Source of the DNA: Waddliaceae bacterium
GTDB lineage: Bacteria > Chlamydiota > Chlamydiia > Chlamydiales > SLFE01
Assembly (NCBI GenBank): GCA_963783885.1
Contig: CAWAPJ010000012.1
Coordinates: 31,781-95,780, forward strand
Direction: 5' to 3'
DNA length: 64,000 bases
Position 1 is the first letter of the stretch. Each line of letters starts with the position of its first letter. Shown one piece after another: positions 18,321-27,201 of this stretch. The notes below the pieces were generated by a model. It saw only the letters and a list, made by a program, of their open reading frames with translations, made no database searches and was not told where the DNA came from. Made by a program: the position numbers and the translations under genes.

Positions 18321-19697
18321 TTACTGCAAAGCCCGCATTCCGCCGAGGACTTGGCAGACATTTTTCCTCCCTAGCTGCAGCAGGTAAGAGGCCGCGATCG
18401 ACGAGCGCATCCCTCCTCCGCAAACGACACCCACCGGCCGATCTGTGGGCACTTCATCGACTCGCTTCGACAGCTCGCCCGCGTGAATGTTGAAAGCACC
18501 CTCCAAATGCCCCTCCTCCCATTCCGAAGGAGTACGGACATCCAGGATAAACAAATTCTCGCCGGATGCAACTTTTTGAGCCGCCTCTTGAATCGTTAAC
18601 GTTTTCAGCGACCCTACGTCCCTGCCCGATTTTTTCCACGCGGCAACCCCCCCATCGACAAACCCTCTGATATTGTCCAGTCCAATTCGAGTCAACTGCC
18701 AGACAATCTCTTGCTCATCCTGATCCTCATCTTTGATAATGACAAGCGGCCGATCGTAGGGAACTGTCCATCCCGCCCACAGTGCCAGCCTTTCGGTTGT
18801 CGGAATGTTTAATGATCCTGGGATGTGCTGCTTGGCAAAATGAACATCCGGCCTGACGTCCAAAAGAAACGGTCGCTCGATTGCATCAAACTCATCCATG
18901 GACAAAGGTTTTAAGCCGGGAATAGTCCCCGCCAATAAATCCGGACCTTGTGCGTTTACCCGCTTCATGATCGAAAAATAAGAAGGCATTGGCGGCATAT
19001 CGGCAAGCAGCTGCTCGATCCATTCGGGTTCGGGCATTTTCTTCAGCGAAGGATTTGACTTCCTTTCCTCACCCACGGTTGTCGACTCCCGCCCGCTGAT
19101 TGCTTTGCCGCAAAGCGACCCCTCGCCATGGGCCGGATACACCTCGACCTTATCATCGTATTGAGGAAGAATGCCAAAGACGCTGCGGTACAGCGCATGC
19201 GACAGTTTTTCCTGCTCTTTTTCTCCGAGAAGATCGGGACGTCCTATGCTGCCGACAAAGAGAAAATCCCCGGAAAATATCATCAACGGGCTGTCCTTGT
19301 CGATCTCATCATCATAGAGTTCCCAGAGAATATGCTCGGGGGTATGGCCCGGTGAATGCCTGGCTTTTAACCTGATTTGTCCTAAAATCACCTCTCCTCC
19401 ATCATCAACTACCCTGTCGGCATAGGAAGGAGTCCACTGATCCCCTCCAAGGCCCGAGCAATGGATGCGAGGCTTGCCATCAAGGGCGGCCTTCAGCTCC
19501 TTGGCGCCGCTAATGAAGTCGGCATGAACGTGCGTTTCCAATATATCCGTGATTTCATACCCCGCGTCCTTTGAAACGGCGGTAAATTCGCCCACATCGC
19601 GTACAGGATCGATAACCGCCATTTTTTTGGTCTTGGGATCCCCAATCATGTAGGAAAAAATTGACAGGCCTGGCGTCGCTTTTTTTCTGAAAAACAT
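18321..19697 (-). CDS. MBL-fold hydrolase with two rhodanese domains (persulfide dioxygenase-sulfurtransferase type)
   Basis: ETHVHADFISG, PGHTPEH, GRPDL, PAHG.GSLCG, C-terminal CGGGMRS. Confidence 0.9.
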   Translation of the reverse strand: MFFRKKATPGLSIFSYMIGDPKTKKMAVIDPVRDVGEFTAVSKDAGYEITDILETHVHADFISGAKELKAALDGKPRIHCSGLGGDQWTPSYADRVVDDGGEVILGQIRLKARHSPGHTPEHILWELYDDEIDKDSPLMIFSGDFLFVGSIGRPDLLGEKEQEKLSHALYRSVFGILPQYDDKVEVYPAHGEGSLCGKAISGRESTTVGEERKSNPSLKKMPEPEWIEQLLADMPPMPSYFSIMKRVNAQGPDLLAGTIPGLKPLSMDEFDAIERPFLLDVRPDVHFAKQHIPGSLNIPTTERLALWAGWTVPYDRPLVIIKDEDQDEQEIVWQLTRIGLDNIRGFVDGGVAAWKKSGRDVGSLKTLTIQEAAQKVASGENLFILDVRTPSEWEEGHLEGAFNIHAGELSKRVDEVPTDRPVGVVCGGGMRSSIAASYLLQLGRKNVCQVLGGMRALQ

Positions 19698-19761
19698 GAG
19701 GCTTCCTCCATTGACTTTTTTCTAAAAATTTGATATAGTTATATTTAATCAAAGGATTTTA

Positions 19762-20439
19762 ATGCACACATTTTTTAAAGAAATAAAAGCTTCATTTTAC
19801 AGTGCTTTGGTCTTTTTAAAGGGTAAAAGCTCCAATTTCAGCTATTACGGCTTAAATCCTTCCGAGCTCACCCCAGAGCAGGCCAGACAGCCGGCAATCC
19901 TCTGTCTTCATGGCGTCAAGCACAATCAGTCGGGTTGGTTAAAATTGGCAAAAAAGCTGCGTAAAAAGGCCCGGGGTCCCATATATACGCTCAATATCCG
20001 CTATGACCTGAAAACAGAAATTGACCAGGTAAGAAGTTGCATTGACGAAATCAAAAAACATTATGCCGAACATGGACAGGAGCTCAGACTGCGCATTATC
20101 GGCCATTCTTTCGGCGGAATCATCGCAGCGTCAGCTTACCATCTGATCGAAGGTGTAACGATTGAACGGATCATTACTATCGCAAGCCGCCTCCGCTGGT
20201 TTCCCCATTTTGCCCGCAGCCAATCCCAAAAGCTGGGGGACATCATCAACAGCTTCAAAGAAAAAATTCACGATATACCTCTCTACAACATTGTCGCCGA
20301 CAAAGACTGGCTGGTTCCCAAGGAAGCCACGCTGGTCGTGCAAGATCCCGCCAAATATCACATCGTGAAAAATACAAGCCATCTCTCGGTTCTCTATGAT
20401 CAGGAAACCGAAAACAAAATTATTCAGTGGGTCGCTTAA
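19762..20439 (+). CDS. Alpha/beta hydrolase (lipase/esterase)
   Basis: LHG, GHSFGG, DWLVP, SHLS. Confidence 0.85.
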   Translation: MHTFFKEIKASFYSALVFLKGKSSNFSYYGLNPSELTPEQARQPAILCLHGVKHNQSGWLKLAKKLRKKARGPIYTLNIRYDLKTEIDQVRSCIDEIKKHYAEHGQELRLRIIGHSFGGIIAASAYHLIEGVTIERIITIASRLRWFPHFARSQSQKLGDIINSFKEKIHDIPLYNIVADKDWLVPKEATLVVQDPAKYHIVKNTSHLSVLYDQETENKIIQWVA

Positions 20440-20553
20440 GCCGTGATTACGACCTAAACTCTCTACTAAAGTCCTTGCGCATTGCTTTATACTCTTTCTT
20501 TTTTTTTCCAAGTATGCCAATCTTCTCGATTAGAGAAAAAAGGAGTTCAAGCT

Positions 20554-20922
20554 ATGAGTGCAAATGCAGCAAACTATACTTCAGGAGTCACCGGCGAATG
20601 GGGCAAAACCAACTTGATCAGCCCTTTCGTCACCTTTTATGGCATCGGATTCATCAAAATAGCCACAGGAACACTAAACCCGATAACTGCGGCTCTTATG
20701 GCTGTCATATCATCAGTTTCCGATGTGGCCGCCTCATGCATCACTAAAGGGTCGCAAAGACATGCCGATATGAATTTCCGATTAGCGGCGACAATAATCA
20801 TCCCTTTTACAGTCGCCATAGCCTTCGGATGCTCTTTCCCGGTCGCTTTGACGACGACAATCATCATGTTCGCTAACCGCATGCTTCTCCATAAATTTCT
20901 CTCCGAAAATTCCAACGAATAA
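20554..20922 (+). CDS. Small hydrophobic membrane protein
   Basis: AGGAG RBS; two hydrophobic hairpins. Confidence 0.6.
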   Translation: MSANAANYTSGVTGEWGKTNLISPFVTFYGIGFIKIATGTLNPITAALMAVISSVSDVAASCITKGSQRHADMNFRLAATIIIPFTVAIAFGCSFPVALTTTIIMFANRMLLHKFLSENSNE

Positions 20923-20978
20923 AATAATTGTAAAAAATTTGGCATTCCCTTAAGTAGGTACCTTTAAGGGAGTGCTGA

Positions 20979-22142
20979 ATGAAGACATCAACCGAAAAAT
21001 CCAAAGAGCTGGTTTCCACAGTGTTAGGGTGGGCCGGCGTCGAATTCAACGGCAAAAGGCCTTTTGATATCCAGGTCCATGACGAACGCTTATACGACAG
21101 GCTGCTTAAAGACAGGGATCTCGGGTTCGGCGAGTCGTATATGGATGGCTGGTGGGATACCCTGCGTCTGGATATCCTTGCCGAAAAAGTTATCGAAGCC
21201 CAGCTTCACAACAAAATCAAGAAGAATCCCCGCTTGCTTTTTTCGGCTCTCCGCTACTACCTCTTTAACGCTCAAACTAAACAGGGTTCAAAAAAAGTCG
21301 CTGTCGAACACTACGACCTAGGCAACAACCTCTATGAGCTGATGCTCGATAAGAACTTAAGCTACAGCTGCGGGTATTGGAAATTCGCCAAAGATCTCGA
21401 TGAAGCCCAAGAACATAAGCTGGAGATGATCTGTCAAAAGCTGCAGCTTAGGCCCGGAATGAAATTGCTAGACATTGGCTGCGGCTGGGGAGCTATGGCC
21501 AAGCATGCGGCAAAAAATTACGGGGTCGACGTCGTCGGCATCACCATTTCAAAAGAACAGCAAAAGTTGGCTCAAGAGAGATGCCGCGGCCTTCCCGTGA
21601 CCATCCGCCTTCAGGACTATCGGGAAGTCAAGGAATCATTCGACCGTATTGTCTCTATCGGCATGTTCGAACATGTCGGATACAAAAATTATAACACTTT
21701 TATGAAAATTTGTAACAAAATCCTAACGGATAAAGGGCTGTTTCTCCTTCACACCATCGGAGGCAACCAGTCGAGAATCATGGGACATCCCTGGATTCAA
21801 AAATATATCTTTCCTCATGGCATGCTTCCCTCGATTAAACAAATTGGAGAATCCATCGAAAAGCGATTTGTTATGGAGGACTGGCATAACTTAAGTACCA
21901 ATTATGACAAAACCCTCATGGCCTGGCACAAAAATTTCAATCAAAACTGGCCGATTTTAAAGGAATTCCACTCAGAAAAATTCAAGCGGATGTGGAACTT
22001 CTACCTCCTGTTTTGCGCAGGAGCATTCCGATCGCGCTACATACAACTTTGGCAAATCGTTCTTTCGAAGAATGGCACTGAAGGCGGTTACCATATTCGC
22101 GATTTAAACCCGGCTCAAAAAAAGGAGCTGATTCATGGCTGA
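20979..22142 (+). CDS. cfa: Cyclopropane-fatty-acyl-phospholipid synthase
   Basis: LGFGESYMDGWW, HYDLGN, LDIGCGWG, SIGMFEHVG, KYIFP.G.LPS. Confidence 0.95.
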   Translation: MKTSTEKSKELVSTVLGWAGVEFNGKRPFDIQVHDERLYDRLLKDRDLGFGESYMDGWWDTLRLDILAEKVIEAQLHNKIKKNPRLLFSALRYYLFNAQTKQGSKKVAVEHYDLGNNLYELMLDKNLSYSCGYWKFAKDLDEAQEHKLEMICQKLQLRPGMKLLDIGCGWGAMAKHAAKNYGVDVVGITISKEQQKLAQERCRGLPVTIRLQDYREVKESFDRIVSIGMFEHVGYKNYNTFMKICNKILTDKGLFLLHTIGGNQSRIMGHPWIQKYIFPHGMLPSIKQIGESIEKRFVMEDWHNLSTNYDKTLMAWHKNFNQNWPILKEFHSEKFKRMWNFYLLFCAGAFRSRYIQLWQIVLSKNGTEGGYHIRDLNPAQKKELIHG

Positions 22143-22581
22143 CTTAACAATTGACAGCCCCGCTTTCGTGCATGAGCAGCCCATACCCTCTAAATACAGC
22201 TGCCAGGGAAAAGATATCAATCCCCCTCTTCACATCGATGGGGTTCCCGAAGGAACGAAAACCCTTGTCCTCATCATGGACGACCCGGACGCGCCGATGG
22301 GAACCTGGGACCACTGGATTATGTGGAATATCCCTCCCAAATCCCAAATAGAAGAAGACAGCGTTCCCAAAGGAGCTGTGCAAGGGAAAAACAGCTGGAA
22401 GAGAAACGACTACGGAGGCCCTTGTCCCCCCTCGGGCACCCACCGCTATTTCTTCAAACTCTATGCACTCGACAAAACTCTGGATCTGCCCGCTTCAGCC
22501 GGCAAAAAGGATGTGGAGGCCGCAATGAACGGCCACATTCTTGCCGAAGCGGTCTTGATGGGAACCTATAAGAAGAATTAG
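22135..22581 (+). CDS. YbhB/YbcL (PEBP/RKIP-like) protein
   Basis: DPDAP, HW..WNIP, YGGPCPPSGTHRYFF. Confidence 0.93.
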   Translation: MADLTIDSPAFVHEQPIPSKYSCQGKDINPPLHIDGVPEGTKTLVLIMDDPDAPMGTWDHWIMWNIPPKSQIEEDSVPKGAVQGKNSWKRNDYGGPCPPSGTHRYFFKLYALDKTLDLPASAGKKDVEAAMNGHILAEAVLMGTYKKN

Positions 22582-22583
22582 AC

Positions 22584-23222
22584 ATGATCTTTGAAGACCG
22601 CCAAGACGCCGGCAAAAAGCTTGCCGAAAAGCTGCTTCAATACCAAAATATTCCCGATGGTATTGTGGTCGGTCTTCCGAGAGGAGGTGTTGTCGTCGCT
22701 TGCGAAGTCGCCAGGCGCCTGTCGCTTCCCTTGGATGTCGTCTGTCCCCGAAAAATCGGCGCCCCCTTCAACCCCGAATACGCCATCGGTGCAATCACAG
22801 AAACCGGCGAGGGAATATTTAATGAAGAGGCCATTTCCTATCTCAATATATCCGCCGAGCATATCAAAGAAACAGTCGAATTTGAAAAAAAACAAGCCCA
22901 AAGACGTCTTGAGCTTTTCCGAAAAGGACTTCCGCCCCGAGACTTTAAGGACAAAATCATGATTATTGTCGATGACGGCCTCGCTACCGGTTCCACAATG
23001 AAAGCCGCAATCAAGTCCGTCAAAGCCGAGGGGGCAAAAGAGATCATTTGCGCCGTGCCGGTTTCCCCTCCCGACACATACAGGGAGATTGAAGGCATGG
23101 TCGACAAAATAATCTGCCTCGATACCCCCCACTTATTCCAGGCAGTAGGGCAATTCTATGAAGACTTCCGAGCCACAGAAGACGAGGATGTCGCGGCCAT
23201 CATGCAATCTTTCAAAAAGTGA
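22584..23222 (+). CDS. Type I phosphoribosyltransferase-like protein
   Basis: FEDRQDAG, LPRGG, VDDGLATGSTM, AVGQFY.DF. Confidence 0.92.
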   Translation: MIFEDRQDAGKKLAEKLLQYQNIPDGIVVGLPRGGVVVACEVARRLSLPLDVVCPRKIGAPFNPEYAIGAITETGEGIFNEEAISYLNISAEHIKETVEFEKKQAQRRLELFRKGLPPRDFKDKIMIIVDDGLATGSTMKAAIKSVKAEGAKEIICAVPVSPPDTYREIEGMVDKIICLDTPHLFQAVGQFYEDFRATEDEDVAAIMQSFKK

Positions 23223-24168
23223 GGGAATTGTCCTTCAATTCGAGGTCTGTCTCGAATTCTTTAGAGAGCAGCTTCATTCTTTCTACCGTTTCGGCAAAAT
23301 CCTGACCGGTGGAATGGTTAACCTGGAAATTGGATATAAGAGTCGGGATCAGCTGCACATCTTCCACCCCTTCTTTATCCACAGTCACTTTAAAGAAAAA
23401 CGAGCGGTCATTGCGCAAAATCGGATCCACATAATAGTCATCAACGAAATCGCCTGTATCATACAGGATTAGTTTGCGGTCGAAATATTCTATTCCCTGA
23501 AAGATATGTGCGCTGTGGCCATGAAAGATATCGGCGCCTGCATCCATGATATCGTGGACAAAATTCACGAGATACTTTGACGGCCTTTCCTGCATGTTCG
23601 GCCCTAAATGTCCGCTCACAATCGCTATATCGACCTGTTCTTTGAGCTCTGCGATATCCTTCCCGATCTTTTCAATGTCCCCCTCCTCCACATATCGGAT
23701 TCCGGAAGAGAGGTCTTTCGCTTCCCATCCCGGTTCATTGTCAGTAATTCCGAGCAGACCTATTGTGATCTCGTTTTTCGTCATGATAACAGGGCGGCTA
23801 GCCTCGCGAAGATTTTTTCCCGCCCCTACATGCAGGATGCCGGCGTCATCAAGCGTTTGCAGCGTTTCCAGAAGTCCAGATTCTGAAAAGTCAAGGACAT
23901 GGTTGTTCGCGAGGTTGACCGCATGGACATTCGCCTCCAAAAGGGCCTGAACGTTTGCGGGATCGGACTTGAAATTAAAAACCTTGTCGACCTTTTGTCT
24001 GCTTGTCGTCAAAGCCGCTTCAAGATTAAAAATATTGATGTCTGTAGAGCGAATTTCAGGAAGCATATCTCCCCAAAGATAAAGCGGGCGGGCAGTTGAA
24101 AGATGGCGGTTCACCAACCTGCCGATCATCACATCTCCAGAGAAACCGATGACCAATTTCTCATTCAT
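23212..24168 (-). CDS. CapA family metallophosphatase
   Basis: GDVMIGR, NLE, LANNH.LD, GHSAH, GDFVDDY. Confidence 0.92.
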   Translation of the reverse strand: MNEKLVIGFSGDVMIGRLVNRHLSTARPLYLWGDMLPEIRSTDINIFNLEAALTTSRQKVDKVFNFKSDPANVQALLEANVHAVNLANNHVLDFSESGLLETLQTLDDAGILHVGAGKNLREASRPVIMTKNEITIGLLGITDNEPGWEAKDLSSGIRYVEEGDIEKIGKDIAELKEQVDIAIVSGHLGPNMQERPSKYLVNFVHDIMDAGADIFHGHSAHIFQGIEYFDRKLILYDTGDFVDDYYVDPILRNDRSFFFKVTVDKEGVEDVQLIPTLISNFQVNHSTGQDFAETVERMKLLSKEFETDLELKDNSLTF

Positions 24169-24818
24169 TAGAGGTGATCCTTAAACCATGCCAACGCTTG
24201 ATTTGCGACATCCTCAAGCGCGCCCGGCTCTTCGAAAAGATGCGTCGCGCCTTCGACAATGCTCAACCTTCTCTCGCACTGCATGAGATCCAGTGCTTCT
24301 TTATTCAAGTCGATCACCACAGTGTCGTCGCCCCCGACGATAAAAAGCGAGGGGCTTTTGACATTTGGAAGATACCTTCCGGCAAGATCGGGCCTGCCTC
24401 CGCGGGAGACGACAGCTTGGACAATCTCCCCTTTTTCGGCGGCGGCGACAAGAGCCGCGGCCGCTCCCGTACTCGAACCGAACAGCCCGATCGACAGCTT
24501 TTTCGTCTCATTGTATTCTGTCAGCCACTCCACCACTTTAGCAACCCTGCCGGCAAGCATGCCGATATCGAACCGCAAATGGCGGGTAATTAAATCGATC
24601 TGCTCTTCATCAGAGGTGAGCAGGTCGATTAAAAGGGTCGCGATTCCCCCATCGCTTAGCGTCCGGGCAACGGCCTGATTGCGCGGGCTGTGGCGGCTGC
24701 TGCCGCTTCCATGGGCAAAAAGGACAATACCGGTAGCGTTCTCGGGGATAGTGAGAAATCCTTCAAGCTCGACCTCTCCGGCAGCCGCTTTGACTAATTT
24801 GGTTCCAGCTTGAGCCAT
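24168..24818 (-). CDS. Dienelactone hydrolase family protein
   Basis: FAHGSGSSRHSPRN, GSSTG, SRGGRPDLAG, GATHLFEEPG. Confidence 0.92.
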   Translation of the reverse strand: MAQAGTKLVKAAAGEVELEGFLTIPENATGIVLFAHGSGSSRHSPRNQAVARTLSDGGIATLLIDLLTSDEEQIDLITRHLRFDIGMLAGRVAKVVEWLTEYNETKKLSIGLFGSSTGAAAALVAAAEKGEIVQAVVSRGGRPDLAGRYLPNVKSPSLFIVGGDDTVVIDLNKEALDLMQCERRLSIVEGATHLFEEPGALEDVANQALAWFKDHL

Positions 24819-24843
24819 AACCTCACGTTAATGGCCCGGTTAT

Positions 24844-25455
24844 TTAGAAGCAATTGGAATTATTGGGCAGGGAATCGATAAACTCCTTGCGATAAGGAGA
24901 CTCTCGCAATTTTCCTGAGAAATCGCATGTCCGGGTATAAGAGTCGCTGTCGCGTATGCCCCGCATGCGGACGCACAGATGCTGGGCATCGACCACAACC
25001 CCCACATCTTCGGTTTCCAAAACTTCGATCAAACTCTCTTTGATATGCCTTGTCATCCTCTCCTGTATTTGCGGACGACCGGCAATATGCTGCGCCACTC
25101 TGTTGAGCTTGGAAAGTCCGATAATCTTTTTATCCGGGATGTAGGCGATGTGGCAGTAGCCGAGAATGGGCATGAAATGATGCTCGCAAATGCTTTTGAC
25201 CGCGATATTGTACTCAATGAGCATCTCCCGGTAGTCAAATTCGTTGTCTTGAAGCGTGATCGAGGGGAAATTATCTTCGCTCATCCCGCAAAACAGCTCG
25301 TTGACAAGCATTTTGGCATAGCGCTCGGGTGTTTTTCGGAGATGCTCTTCGGAAAGGTCCATGCCGAGAGTTTCGAGAATATGGCCGAAGTGGCGGCTGA
25401 TGATCTCGATTTTCTCCTCATCGGTAAGACAGCGCAGTTCATTCATAATCGTCAT
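24844..25455 (-). CDS. folE: GTP cyclohydrolase I
   Basis: TPERYAKM, SICEHH, GLSKLNR, QERMT, HLCV.MRG; ATGA overlap with queD. Confidence 0.95.
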   Translation of the reverse strand: MTIMNELRCLTDEEKIEIISRHFGHILETLGMDLSEEHLRKTPERYAKMLVNELFCGMSEDNFPSITLQDNEFDYREMLIEYNIAVKSICEHHFMPILGYCHIAYIPDKKIIGLSKLNRVAQHIAGRPQIQERMTRHIKESLIEVLETEDVGVVVDAQHLCVRMRGIRDSDSYTRTCDFSGKLRESPYRKEFIDSLPNNSNCF

Positions 25456-25895
25456 AAAGCCGCTTCCGCCCAGCAATTGTCGGTTTCATGAATCACTACT
25501 TTTGTCACCCTGACACTCGTCCCCTCCAGCACTCGGGGTGCCACGGTTTTCAGAAGATACCCCGCCAAATTCTCTGCAGTGGGATTAAACGGGCAGATAA
25601 ACGGCTTTTTGGGGGCAGAGATCCTAGAAAGAGCCTCAATCAACTCCCCGTCCTTCTCATAGACTAAAAAAGCGTGGTCCCAATAGGTATCGATCCATCC
25701 CCCGATTTTTTCCTTCAGAACCGAAAAATCCACAACCCTTCCCAGCGCATCCAGCCCGTCCGCCTCGGCAGTAATATGAACCCAGTAGTTGTGCCCATGC
25801 GGCGAGGCGCAGTGATTCTCATGGCCCACCACTCGATGGCCAGCCGAAAAGTGCAGCTTGCGCACGCATTTAAAATCCGCAATTTTGGTTTGCAT
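25452..25895 (-). CDS. queD: 6-carboxytetrahydropterin synthase
   Basis: FSAGH, CASPHGHNY (Cx3HGH), DH, PTAEN, ET. Confidence 0.88.
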   Translation of the reverse strand: MQTKIADFKCVRKLHFSAGHRVVGHENHCASPHGHNYWVHITAEADGLDALGRVVDFSVLKEKIGGWIDTYWDHAFLVYEKDGELIEALSRISAPKKPFICPFNPTAENLAGYLLKTVAPRVLEGTSVRVTKVVIHETDNCWAEAAL

Positions 25896-25988
25896 CCATT
25901 AATTTTAAGCGTTTAAGGATACAAAGTCAATGTTCTGTTGGTAAAATTATCTTTATGCGATATTAATAGGCATTTTAAGGAGGCAGTT

Positions 25989-27167
25989 ATGAATCCGATA
26001 ACCCAAACATCAAACTGGCCGCGTTTTGCCGAGGGAATGAGAAACAACCCCGATGACAAAATCTGCATTAGATTCAAGACAGATAACACCTATTGCTCTC
26101 CAACAATCCCTCTTGACGAGGGAAATGAAGCCAAACGGGAAGGCGATGAAAATTCCTATATCGCCATGTGCGGCTGGAAAGACTTGACTACCGTCGTAGA
26201 TCCTCTTTGCAACAAAATCACTCACAGATTTATCCAGTCCATTGAGACGTCGGACGGCAGACCTCTACTTTATGCCGACCCCCTGGAAGAAGATATAGAG
26301 CTAGATGAAATGGGTCCCTCCGAACCCAAAAAACCTACCATCAGAAGGGGCGAAGTGAATGGAATCAATCTAGATTACAGAATCGAAGGAAGCGGCCCCC
26401 TCATTGTCCTGCTGCACGACCTTTTCGACACTTATGCCGGTTTCGATGAGTTGATCCAGCAACTTTCGGAAAACTATACCGTCGCCGCTCCCAACCTTCC
26501 CGGATTCGGCTTCAGTGATAAAATGACATCGACACACACCCTTGAAGCCGCCACCGACATTATGGCCGCATTTATCGAAGGGCTTGGAGAAAAGGCCGTT
26601 ATCGTCGGCCATGGCTATGGGGGAACCCTCGCGTGGGTTTTGGCCTACCGCCGCCCCGACCTTGTCAAATCTATCGCCGTCGTCAACGGCCCTCATCCGG
26701 TGGATTTTGCGAAAAAACAGATCTCAAGCACCCAGCTCTTCCGCTCATGGAACTTCTGGGCATTCCAGATCCCCTACCTGCCGCAGTCGATTCTAAAAGC
26801 CAATGACGCCTCCTTGCTCAAGGCGATGATCCGCTCATGGTCGGGGAAACCCCACACACTGAACCTTAAGGCAATGGCCCACGAGATGCAAAAACAGGGT
26901 GTTTTAGACGCCGCCTTGGCGTATTACAAAGGGGCATTGTGGGGTTTTCATCCTTGTACAACGAGTCCCTACGCCGGCAAAGTCAGCGTGCCCGTTAAAG
27001 TGATTTGGGGAGAAAACAACAGCCGCCTCGGCTCAAGCCTTGCCGAAGGAGCCAAGAACTACACATCGGAGGGAGTCGAGACTCGTACCATTCCTCAAAC
27101 GGGCCACTGGATCAACCGCGAAGCCCCCCGGGATCTCGCCAGAGAAATTGACGACATGATGGAATAA
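25989..27167 (+). CDS. Epoxide-hydrolase-like alpha/beta fold protein with N-terminal extension; nucleophile absent
   Basis: PGFG.S, GHGYGG in place of GHDWGG, VNGPHP, GHW...E.P. Confidence 0.8.
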   Translation: MNPITQTSNWPRFAEGMRNNPDDKICIRFKTDNTYCSPTIPLDEGNEAKREGDENSYIAMCGWKDLTTVVDPLCNKITHRFIQSIETSDGRPLLYADPLEEDIELDEMGPSEPKKPTIRRGEVNGINLDYRIEGSGPLIVLLHDLFDTYAGFDELIQQLSENYTVAAPNLPGFGFSDKMTSTHTLEAATDIMAAFIEGLGEKAVIVGHGYGGTLAWVLAYRRPDLVKSIAVVNGPHPVDFAKKQISSTQLFRSWNFWAFQIPYLPQSILKANDASLLKAMIRSWSGKPHTLNLKAMAHEMQKQGVLDAALAYYKGALWGFHPCTTSPYAGKVSVPVKVIWGENNSRLGSSLAEGAKNYTSEGVETRTIPQTGHWINREAPRDLAREIDDMME

Positions 27168-27190
27168 AAAAGGCCGAAAATTCCCGGCCT
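27166..27190 (-). terminator. Intrinsic terminator between convergent genes
   Basis: AGGCCG...CGGCCT stem preceded by an A-tract on the + strand. Confidence 0.6.
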
Positions 27191-27201
27191 ATTCGTAAGC
27201 A

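Noticed and set aside
23212-24168. Poly-gamma-glutamate capsule synthesis
   Set aside because: capB/capC are absent; stand-alone CapA-family proteins are common.
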